Source of the DNA: Squalus acanthias
Lineage: Eukaryota
NCBI GenBank assembly: GCA_030390025.1
Contig: CM059438.1
Span: 15,562,001-15,626,000, forward strand
Direction of reading: 5' to 3'
Length of the DNA: 64,000 nucleotides
Part shown: positions 13,101 to 25,100 of the stretch, one piece after another
Numbering within the stretch: the stretch's first letter is position 1
Layout of the letters: each line of letters starts with the position of its first letter
Notes under the pieces: generated by a model
What the model saw: the letters and a program-made list of their open reading frames with translations, nothing else
What the model was told of the DNA's origin: nothing
Database searches by the model: none
Made by a program: the position numbers and the translations under genes

Positions 13101-16100
13101 TTATTACTCAAAATGCACAGCACAGTGCCATCAGGTGCATGTATCAGTGCCATCAGGCGCATGTATCAGTGCCATCAGGCGCATGTATCGGTGCCATCAG
13201 GTGCATGTATCAGTGCCATCAGGTGCATGTATCAGTGCCATCAGGTGCATATATCAGTGTCATCAGGTGCATATATCAGTGCAGAAAATCAAAATTCATG
13301 AGAATATAAGAAAGCAAGAGACAGGGAAAGGCCAATAGGTCCAGTCCTTCCAGAGCCCATATGCAATCAACATGCCAGTATGTAGTTTCATGAGTGGCAG
13401 ATGACCTCTTGTCCCTACCAAAGTGACCATTCTCCATGTGGGAGCTTTAATGAGCGTTGGCAAACTAGTCACCTGTAGGGGGCCATCATAACCCAGCTAA
13501 GTCCCGTTGTCATTCAACATCAAATGCCCAGCTGCAGTAAGATTTATTAAATAGGGATCATGATTGAGAACTTTGGCTGATCTTTATTTTCCCTCTTCTA
13601 AGCCAAGGGTGCTGAGGCCAATTGTAACACTCCACTGCCAGGATGAGGTCAGCTAACTCAGCACAGATTGAAGCCAGTGAACTTTCTGCTTTACATGGCT
13701 CACTGTTACACAGAGCAGTGCCTTTATGTACTGAGCCATCAGGGTGGATGCAAGCAACACATCGGATCAAGAAATTAAGTTCTTAATGCTGCATGTACTA
13801 AGGGGGGATTGAGATGTGTAGCAGACTAGTTCTATTAACTAAGGGGAAACACCAGTCTCCTATTATGTTCCACGTCAAATCCTCCTCTTGCATCTCTCCA
13901 TTAATAGTTCCCTCTTGTAGAGAGGATGAGGAAGGAGGCAAAAGATCATTTTATGTGTTGACATTCCTGAAGGTAATTGAGTATTCATGTTTGCTTTGAA
14001 ATGTTGGTGAGCTGCCAATTAACGTTTTTATTGAATGTATCATGCTGGTTTGAGTGCATTTAGATCATATGATCAGTTACCCTGGAATGCAGCACTGATT
14101 CTTGGGACAAAGATCCTTCGGGAGTACTAATTCAGTACTATGTACATTTTATACAGTTATAACAAAAGTATATATTCATTAACAATGTACCTGGCAAGAT
14201 ACAACTTTGATTCATTTAATATGAGAGAATACATGCAATAGAATTATTGCTTAATGGGGAAGGAATGGACTCCACCCATGTTTATGTTAAAATCCATAAT
14301 TGTAAAAATACTTAGCATTTGATACAATATGGGAATTTTCCTGTCCTTCCTGTCTATTTGAGTCTCTCTCCAACTTGGCTGCTTCAGTGACATCACTGAG
14401 AGAGAGAAGCCACTTGCATCTTGGAGCGTCCCCGTTCATTTTAATGGGGATCATAACTTCAGACCAGCTATGGAGCTGGCCCAAACCAAGAACAAGACAC
14501 GTTACTGGTCGAGTACCCTGCGTAGTTTCCAAGAAATGTGTTTTGTCAGGATCCCCTTTACTAAACTGAAATAGTCAAATTACACAGTTATGAGAGAAAG
14601 CTACCATTGTGTGCACTGTGCATAGTTGAAGCTCTTTTTGCATATACAAAATATCGCTGTTAAGTATCTGTGTGTCTTAGCTCATGCTTTGTCGATATAC
14701 TTTGTCCACCAGTATTGCTGATTTGCATTTGTATCATTATTGCATAAATGTTGACATTTTGTTTATTGTAACGTAACTTTTTAAAAAATCATCAAGTGTT
14801 TGTGTTTCTAAATATATATCCCAGAAACAAATCAAAAGGTTTTTGGTGAGTCATTTTCTCAGAGGCACAATCAATTTCTATATGATGGTACCAAGGAAAA
14901 TAGCTTTACATGTTTTTTTTTCTTTTCTAATATCTCACAGTCGCCAAGGACACTTTCCCCCACACCTTCCACTGAGGTCAGTAAATCCCTTCATGTTCAG
15001 CTCTCAGCCTTCTCTTCTTCACAGTCTTCATTTGCTTCGTGCAATGGTGTAGTCCCCAGTGGATCAGTAGAATTGTGTGACGTTTAGTCTAACAGTTCTT
15101 ACTGGACACTGAAAGAAAACACATTGCATTGTAGCCCAATGTAACCCGCTCCCACTTTACAATCTGCTCGTGGAGATGAAAGAAAACTTGTCAATGCTGA
15201 AAATCTCAAATGGAAAACATAAAATGCTGGAAATGCACACCAGCATCTGAAAGAGAAAAGACAAGGTCATAATTTGGGTGGAAGGTCTTCCTCAGATGGA
15301 TTATAATGAAGGGTTACAACTCAAAGTTTTCACCTGCCTTTTGTCTTTCAAATGCTGACAGTCCTGCAATTTTCTGTTGCTTCAATTTTTCAATACAACT
15401 TCCCTAATAAAGAAAGTTGTCAGAAGGTCTTTGTTGAAATTAGTATTCTAGCCGTATTCTGTTATAATCTCTGTGAAAATGATGTTATCATTTGTTCTTA
15501 AATTTAAGAAAGAAGTTAACTGTTGGTGACTGCTGAACTGCTTTTTTGGGTTTGTGTGATTGACATATTTGGTCTTTACTAGTGAGTGTGGCTTAATTAA
15601 AAAAAATAGAAGGGAGTAATCCATTAAACAAATGCCCATTAACAGCAAGGTGCCCATTAATTAGAGCACACAATATTCCATATAGTCCTGTGGATTTTCA
15701 GTTTGTTTTCACAGGAGCTTATATCTTGTATTTTCACTAATGTGAAATATATTACATTTGTGAAAATATCAGTGGAGTGTCATTACCTCATATGGGCTCG
15801 AGTAGTGACATGGCTCAGTGAATAACCAATGGGAGTAGAGATCCTTTGTATGCATTATCCCTAAACATCATCAATTCAAGTCTACTGTGAATTGTTTTAC
15901 CATATCTAATTTTAAAAACAAATAAATCTCCATGGAATAGACAGTACCATTCTTTGCTTGGAGCATTCGTGAATCCTGATCATTCAGACTCTTAAAATGA
16001 ACACAGTAATGTGCTCCTAGCCATGTAATATCCTAGGTATTTCCTATGGGACTGTATGTTTATTATTTTTTTTAAATCTCCCCTCTTTAGCTCCCCTCCC

Positions 16101-19100
16101 CCATGATTTACAGTGTCAGCTGTGGCTCAGTGGGTAGCACCCTCACCTCGGAGTCAGAAGGTTGTGGGTTCAAGTCCCACTCCAGACACTTGAGCACAAA
16201 AATCTAGGCTGACACTCCAGCCGCTGCACTGTCGGAGGTGCCATCTTTCGGATGAGACGTTAAACCGAGGCCCCGTCTGACCCCTCAGGTGGATGTAAAA
16301 GATCCCATAGCACTATTTCAAAGAAGAGCAGGGGAGTTATCCCCGGTGTCCTGGCCAATATTTATCCCTCAATCAATACCACTAAAACAGATTATCTGGT
16401 CATTATCACATTGCTGTTTGTGAGAGCTTGCTGTATGCAAATTGGCTGCCGCGTTTCCTACATTACAACAGTGACTACACTTCCAAAGTACTTCATTGGC
16501 TGTAAAGCGCTTTGGGATGTCTGGTGGTCGTGAAAGGCGCTATATAAATGCAAGTCTTTCTTTCAGTCTAATGCTGTTGTATAACCAATTATGAGAGAGC
16601 AGCACGGAACGCTGTCACCAGTTTTCCCATCCTCTGTTTACCATTCTCCCACGCAACATATCCGATGTTAGGGGCTCACCATATGGGGACTTAGAGGCAC
16701 AAAAACTCACATCCTGTAACTGCAGGGCACAGTGAGTTGATGCATGATTACACTGAGCCACTGGGAATGACAGGCCAATGAAGCACTTTTGAAGTGTCGT
16801 CACTGTTGTAATGTAGGGAAATGTGGCAGGCAATTTTACGCACAGGAAGGTCCCACAAAATCAAATTGCATTATGCCTCTCCCTCCAGTTTTCCTTCTGC
16901 CTTCCCCATATGAAAGAGGCTGCCCTTCACTTGGTGAATCCTGACAGCAGGATTGCTGACTTTGAGACTCAGTGATATGGGGGTTTCACAAGGATGAGCC
17001 CATGTCCTAACACTCTGTGTTGTGCATGTTGTTCCTGAAGTACCTCTTTTACTGAGTTTGTTCAGGATCATGTACTAGCATTGGGCTGGAGCTGCCATTG
17101 GCTATTTCACAGATTTGCATAATTGATAAGTGGTTTTCATGACTAAATTATGGTTATTCTCACTCCACATTGACAGGCCTGTGAGAGCTACACTAGGTGC
17201 CCCCGAAAATCTACTATTTTCATATCTTTAATCAACCAGGGCAGACCACCACATACACAGATAAGTCAGTCAGTCCTAATGCAGATACGATCAAACATGC
17301 AATCAGATACTTCACACAATCAGAAATTGACCTCTGCTCTCCTTGAAGTCATGTTTTTTTTTTCCACTGTCTCTTGTATACACACTGCATTTGTCTTATC
17401 CCACCGCTTTTATGTCTGAAACATATTCTAAGGATTAAAAAAAATGGAAGAGCCATGCAAGCTGCCAGCTTTTTGTTTTTAAGTCTTCACCTCCCCTGCC
17501 CTCTGAAATTCTCTTCCAAAACCACTGCACCTCGCTACTGATCTCTCTTCCCGGATCCACTAGCTCTCTTTCTGCTCCATATCCACCTCCCTGTCTTGTA
17601 ACGCTCTCTAAGCTGTTTAGATGTTTTTGCTGTCTGTGCCTTTTCTTTCAATTAAAATGAGGCATTGAATTAGTTTGGATTAAAAATATTTTTTTACTTG
17701 GCGTGCTTCACTTGACTGGCCAGGAGTACACAGCAACTGTTGTTATTGTGCAATATCCTTTTTCTTTTCACTGGAGTAAAATAACAATGATTTTGAACAA
17801 ATCTGGAACAAATGCTATATTTCTTGGAGCTTTCTTCCTCTCTGTAATGTTGACCAAAAACTCAGCTCATCAAGGTTTGAAGAAGTTAAGGGACTTTTGA
17901 GGGGCCACTGTTTTTCCTGACTTATCCAAGCCAATGCTAATGGAACATTATTAACTTGGAAGTGAAAAAATTCCACTGGGGACAAAAGGGCAAATTGTAG
18001 CTTTCTAACCTTTCAAAAACAGTTTTTCAATGAAAATGATGGTTGATGTGATTGTCAGCCTGTTTAAAGGCCCCAAATTGGCCCAGTGGCGATTTTAATC
18101 AAACTAAAAGCACAAGTACACCTAATGACACATCAGTTTGCTTTCACTGTTTGTTCCAGGGTAGTTTCTCTCCATTCGGGACAGCTGCAAGAACTAATGG
18201 AGTAATATTGGCTGCAGTATTAGGCAAATAGCGTCACAGCTGGCAACAGGACCAGAGCCTTGTGATAATAAGATTGCATGATTCGCTGAAACAACATGTG
18301 TGTTTGGAACGCCCCAACATCTGGGACTTGTTGCACATTTCAAATACATGCTTAAAGTTTCCAGATGACTTGTATCTAGATTGAGAAAAATGAATAGGAA
18401 GGTTTGACAAAGAAAATGCCCAAAGTCATGTAGAAATTAGGGCCTATAAATGATAGTGTATTTTTCACAGGAATGTGAAGTACTGTTTTTCTTGTCCACT
18501 CTCATTTGTTAAAAGCATATAGTTTTAAAAAAAAATGAAAATTAATATTTGATTTGCAGACATGCCAACCTCGGAAATTAGCAAAAGCAACAGCTTCAAA
18601 AAAGCTGACAGCTCAGAAACAGACCTGAAAATAAGCCTATGACATGTTTTTTTTTAAAGTAATTACACTGAAAGTGTAGTGGGATATAGGCTTGTAGATA
18701 TCCCTAATATTCTTTCCCTTGTATTGGTGAAAATAAATCAAAAGTGTACGAAAGCCTGAAGGGAGATACTAGTTTTGGAAGTACAAGCCCTCCCCTAGAA
18801 AATGTAACTTTTTGACACGGTGCATTTTCCAGTGTTTTGGAGTCTACAATGAGCATGGCTCATTTTATTTTATCTAAAAAGGAAAGTTCTTTAATTTTAT
18901 TGAAAACTACTCCCTATATGTCATTTGGGAATTAATTATTTACTTCATATTTTAAATCTTCTTTCTCCCGATAGCGGCAGATGATCTATAATTGAGAGGA
19001 ATGGTTTTACTTTTCCCTTTTTTTTTTCAAAAGAAATTTCTTAATATCAAATAGGGAATTCAAGCCCAGTCTTATTGGTCATGGGATCATTCCAGTCAGA

Positions 19101-22100
19101 GCTGTTATCAGCAAACTTAGAATTGTAACAGTCTTTCCAAGTGCCCCTCCACTCATATTCTGGTGAATTTAAACATCTTTATACTTCACAATTGATACAT
19201 TCTTAATCTGAAAAAAGGAAAAAATACGTGACATTTGGGTTTCAAATAAGCGTCCAAACCTCGTCCACCAAAAACAACCTTAACAGTAACTCTCCCCCTT
19301 CACAGAGGCACACTCCATTACCAATTCCAATTCTCCCCCCCCCCGACAGTTTAGAAACACTCTCCTTTACTTCCCACCCCAGTTCACAGTCATTCTGCCC
19401 TCTCCTAACATCTTTTTTTAAAATTTGCTTTAAAAAATATTCCTTGGTATATTTAAGAGTGGTAACATGGTGCAGTTTGATTAATACGGCTGAAAATGGG
19501 TTTATCACAAAAAATAAGCATTTTAAATCACAGTGTCAATCCACCACCTGTGAGTAACCCGATTTTAAATGACTTTTAAAAAGAAAAATACAAAACTATT
19601 TGCTAGTTATATTGAGGTACAGTAGTCAGTTTCTTAGTAAATTTTTAAAACATTATATTCAAAAGCTTTTAAAATGTACCTATTGGTGTCCTTGCACCCA
19701 AAAGTTCCAGCTTAAGAGCTTTTTAGAGCCTCCTTGAAGGCCTGCAAAGGAGCAAAATTAGCGGAAATTCCCAATGGTGATTAATTCACCCTAGGGGGGG
19801 CATGGCCAGTTTTGTGGGCGGGGCCTGCTTCGAGCACGATGATTTTAAAACTAGGGCAAAAGATCGCAGAAACTCCAGTTGCATATCCCTGTCAGTTTTC
19901 CACCCAATTCACAGACTCTCCTTTCCCTCTCCCTAATCCTCCTAGTTCATGCTGGCACCTTTCTCACCCCGCCCAATTCAATCTGGCACACTTTTGTTTC
20001 TGTCTTCCGTTCAAGCTGATTCTCTTTCCTAACCACAGGTCAAGTCGGTGCACTTTTCCCCTACCCCTATCTGCTTCCTTCAGTTCAATCTGGCATTCTT
20101 CATCCCCCTTCCCCATCAGTTTATACTGGCTCTCCTACCCTGTTCCTGCGTTCATGCTAACTTTCACCGCACATCCCACCTTGCTGCCCCTTCCCCCTGC
20201 TGCTGACAACTATAAGAACATAAGAAATAGGAGCAGGAGTAGGCCAATCGGCCCCTCAAGCCTGCTCCGCCATTCAATAAGATCATGGCTGATCTGATCC
20301 TAACCGCCAATCTACTATCTACTATCACAGAACCATCTCCTGCATCTAACAGAATTGCACACACGAAATAGGAGCAGAATCAGGCTACACGGTCCCTGGG
20401 CCCGCTCCACTACCCACAGGGCCATGACCGATCCGAACCTAGACTCATGTCCAAATTCCTGCCCGCTCCCCGTAACCCTTAATGCCCTTTACTTCTAGGA
20501 AACTGTCTATTTCTGTTTTAAATTTATTTAATGATGTAGCTTCTACAGCTTTTTGTGGCAGCATATTCCATGGACCTACCACCCTCTGAGTGAAGTAGTT
20601 CCTCCTCATCTCAGTTTTGAAAGAGCAGCCCCTTATTCTAAGACTATGTCCCCTAGTTCTAGTCTCACCCGTCATCGGGAACATCCTCCCCGCATCCACC
20701 CGATCCAACCCCTTCACAATCTTATATGTTTCAATAAGATCTCCTCTCATTCTTCTGAACTCCAATGAGTAGAGTCCCAATCTACACAACCTCTCCTCAT
20801 ATGACCACCCCCTCATCCCCGGGATTAACCGAGTGAACCTTTTTTGCACTGCCTCGAGAGCAAGGATGTCTTTCCTTAAGTAAGGACACCAAAACTGTAT
20901 GCAGTATTCCAGGTGCGGTCTCACCAATACCTTGTACAACTGAAGCAATACCTCCCTATTTTTATATTCTATCCCCCTAGCAATGAAAGCCAACATTCCA
21001 TTTGCCTTCTTAATCACTTGCTGCACCTGCATAATAACCTTTTGAGTTTCGTGCACCAGGACCCCCAGATCCCTTTGCACTTCAGTACTCTCCAGTTTCT
21101 TGCCATTAAGATAATAAATTGCTCTAGGATTTTTCCTGCCAAAGTGCATCACCTCACACTTTACCTCACTCTTTACCTCCTGTTTCTAGTAATAGTAATT
21201 AATTGCCGCTGCACGCTGTGGGCAAGAATTCTAATCTTGCACGGATTCCCGCCTACTTTATGAATAGGCGTTCGATCGCTTGGAGCATCAGCAGCAGGCA
21301 ATGGGATCTGCGAGCTGCACTGACTTTTATCCACAAAGACGGTCACACAGACACTGCCCCAGAAACATTAACTGCATGTATGAAAGTCAGATGATTGGCA
21401 TATATAGGAACATCGGAACTGGAGTAGGCCATTCAGCCCCTTGCGCCTGTTCCGCCATTCAGTTAGATCATGGCTGATTTGTATCTCAACTTCATTTACC
21501 TGCCTTTGTTCCACACCCCTTAATATTATATTATATTCTTACACATAATATATATGCATTATATGCAGTGGAGTTATCCCCGGTTCCTGGCCAATATTTA
21601 TCCCTCAATCAAAATAACAAAAACAGATTATCTGGTCAATATCACATTGCTGTTTGTGGGAGCTTGCAAATTGGCTGCTGCATTTCCCACATTACACTCC
21701 AAAAGTACTTCATTGGCTGTAAAGCGCTTTGAGGCGTCCGGTGGTCTTGAAAGGTGCTATATAAATGCAAGTCTTTCTTTAATAGAGTGGGTCATGAAGT
21801 CTCCCAAGTATTTTAAGTACTCTTGTGTTTTTTTAATAATGGTTAGTGAGGGTATGGAATCCTTCTCTTTTTTCCCCCTCAGTTCTCTAGTCTTAAAGCC
21901 CGCTCTCAGACCTTATCCAAAGCTGATCAAAGCTGGGCCGTTAGATGGTGCATGACAGCAGGCTAGGGACAACTCTCCCTGCTGCAATATTCCCTTCTCA
22001 TGCAGGATTGTCTGGTCTGCCCCTGAGCACTTCCCCTCGGAAGTGCGGCATGATATTGGGAACTAAATAGTGTGGCTAACTGAACCTTCGGTGCCAGAGT

Positions 22101-25100
22101 GACGGGCATCCAAGGTGTAACCAGTTGTGCCAGACTGTAACACTCTTGGAAGTATATGGTGGTAATGATGGATGGGCCCCTGAGTGGATTCAACTGTGGA
22201 CTATGTCACATCCAACTTTAATTATTATTACATTCATGTCATTATTGTATAATCAATTCGCTGTTGAATTCTGTGTAAGCATTCCAGCAAATGTCACACT
22301 CCTATTTTAAAAAATAGTATTTAATATAACTCTCTGGCTTGTCTGATCCGAGTGTGAAGTATATGCAAATATATTTTAGGGATACCATGATGCACGTGAT
22401 CGAATGGTGCATAGGTCCTCCAGTCAAGGCTCCATCAGCTCTCCTGTCTACAATCGCCACTGTTATACACCCACTGTTGCCCGCTCTCCACAGCACTTTC
22501 ACAGGCCTGGTAAGTGAAACAACCCAATCACAGATTTCTAAACCCGAAAGATCGGGCATTCTTTTTTTGAAAAAAATATTATGAAAATAGTTCTAACAAT
22601 GGACAATTTTATTTCGAATGGCAAGTCACGGTGAACTTTCTTGCAAGTTTGAAAGATCCTTTTTCTATTTCTCAGCTGTTATACTGCTCCATGATTGAGG
22701 AATATCGTGGCAAACTGTGCATTGAATGATGTTGTGAAGCTTTCAGATACAGCGAATTATTTTTTAGTGGTGTTGCTTTCATTTTATTTGGTGCTAAAAT
22801 GCTTCGCAGAATGTTCTTAGCTTGTAAAACTAAGCCTCCAATTCTGTTTAACAATGTCGATTATAATAATGTAAGGGATGTGTGATGTTTAATTTTTTGG
22901 AGCTCTCACTCAGCATGTGGCCAGGGATAACTTCGGCTACTTTCAGACAGGAGCCTGTGACCTTTGTCTCACGTACAGTTTGATTGACAATACAGAAGAT
23001 AAACAAGTGCAAAAGCATGGGGGTTGATTTTAACCCTACCCGTCTGGTGGAAACCAGGCAGATGGGCAGTTATAGATGAGCAGTTTACTTACCTGCCCGG
23101 ACGTGACCCTTTACCGCTGTCTCGAATATGAAATTGGAGCGATCTGCAGACAGACCCACTTGCTGCAGGTAGAGGCCTCATGAATGTATGCAAACTGGGG
23201 TCCTATAAGGTCAATAGCACCCCAATGGCATTTTAACCGGGGCCTTGAGCGGGGAAGCTTTCCCGCCAGGCTGAAGCAGGTCAGCAGTTGGTGGGAAGGA
23301 CGAAGAGGCCCACCAGCTTTGTCAAAAAATGTTCTTTGTGGGGCGAGGTTGAGCATGATGTCACCTTCCCCACCCCCGCCCGCCCGCCCCCATTACCTCC
23401 CATGTGACCCTCCCTAAACCCCTTCTCCCTCACTAACCTGGAAGCCGATGGGTGGCCAAGGGCCGCCTGATCTTCCCCTGCCGGCAGCCACTCTGCACCC
23501 TCTTTGGGCCCGTTCCGGGCAAGAAGTGGACCGACATCATTTAAATGAGGCCTGGGAGTTAAAAGATCCCCTACTTGAAACTTAGGCCAGCGAGTGCATT
23601 TTATACTCATCCTGCCCCCCACCCACCTGACACCCGCTCTGGGTAAATATTGTCTCCATGACATTATTATAACCTCAGGTGGGGTTATTTTGGGAAATAA
23701 ACTACGAAAGCCTGTGTGGGCTACTGTGATGAACTATTCTATTGTAGTGAGCCTGTTTATTATTATAACAAAGGTATCAAAATGTGAGGCTCTACTGGAG
23801 AATTGTCCATTGTTGTAGCAACTGGATTCTGCCATGATATAATCGTTCAGGGAGCTGTATCTCTCAAATTGAAGAATAATCTGTAACTGGCTAGGAGACT
23901 ATCCTTGTGATGTTGAGGAGACATTAAATTCTGAATTGATTAAACAGAAATGGCATTGAAAATCCCACAATTACAAGACACACAACAACACAGACCTGCT
24001 TTTGCATTTTTGACGCTTTTCCCACAAATTTATTTCACTCAACAATGGTTGCCTTTAACTTCAGTTAAGGGATGCAACTGCTGCCAACGAAGTTGAAGTA
24101 GTTACGCATGGGCAGTTAGTGTTTTTTTGGTTGTTCGCTTCGGGACTCACGGGCTCTGGGAAATAAATGCCGGGAATACGGAGCGGGCCTTCGGGTCTCA
24201 CCGGCTCTGTGGGGGGAAAAAAAGCAGAAACATCGGCCCAGAAATTTGACTCGGAGGCTTGCCGCGGGGGTAAGGATCGCGCGTGATATCACACTCCGCG
24301 CCGGCCGTTGTGTTTTGGGCCCACAGGAACTTCGGGTCCTGGGCCTCTCCCTGGTGCCGGCGCGCAGTGTGTGCGTGTCCCGGGGCGCAGTTAGTGCGAT
24401 GCGACCTCTGGGATCACGTGGGCCATGGAGAGCCAATGGCAGCACACCATCTTTCATTCATAGATTTGACAGGAGACCTGTCAAATCTGTGAATTGAAAG
24501 AGACCCCAAAAGAACAGCTAAACCTCAAATAAATTTTTTTAAAAACCATCACATTCATAAAATAACTATAGTTAAATAAATTAACCACTTTAAACAAAAA
24601 TTTAAATTTTTGAAAAAATTAAATTTTTTAAAAAAAGTTATAAAAATAAACTTACCTTGCTTTAAAGTCTCTAAAAAAGATAAACCTGTTGAAAAAAATT
24701 GGCCCAAAAATTAGTGCCGCTACGCGAGAGTACGCACTGTGTACTCTCGCGTATTCTGTCTCCAATTGCCGGTTTTCTGCATGCACTGCGCATGCGCTGA
24801 AAACCGGCACTTGGTGAATTCAAAAGGGGGCGGTTCCTAGGTGAACCGCGTGCGCGCTACAGGCTGCGCGCACGCAGTGCACTTAGTGGTTTCAACGCGC
24901 AGGTAAGCATGGAAGATTTTAGACATAAAGAAAGGAGGTGTAAGACCCTCTTTTAACAAGGTAAGTACTTAATTAAGTATTATTTTGAATTTTTTTTAAC
25001 AGGTATATCTTTTTTAGAGACTTTAAAGACAGGTAAGTTTATTTTTATAACTTTTTAAAAGATTTTAAATTTTTTCAAAAATTTAATTTTTTGTTTAAAA

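Noticed and set aside
13029-13338. Cys/His-rich repeat proteins in the ORF track
   Set aside because: Translations of the 22-bp minisatellite
15195-15385. Further hammerhead-bearing Penelope hairpins (also ~27720-27870, ~29555-29775, ~3871-3920)
   Set aside because: They look like decayed fold-back repeats, but the cores and boundaries are too degenerate to support a call
16112-16185. tRNA gene (also 771-842)
   Set aside because: The A and B boxes continue into the SINE body and tail; this is a tRNA-derived SINE head
22895-22985. Extra alternative exon after the HFHRP exon
   Set aside because: No convincing donor, no recognisable similarity, and a stop in the plausible frame
25018-25032. 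MITE origin of the ETL microexon at 56328
   Set aside because: Both read ETL but the nucleotides differ (AGACTTTA versus AAACCCTG), the flanks are unrelated, and the microexon position predates the MITE
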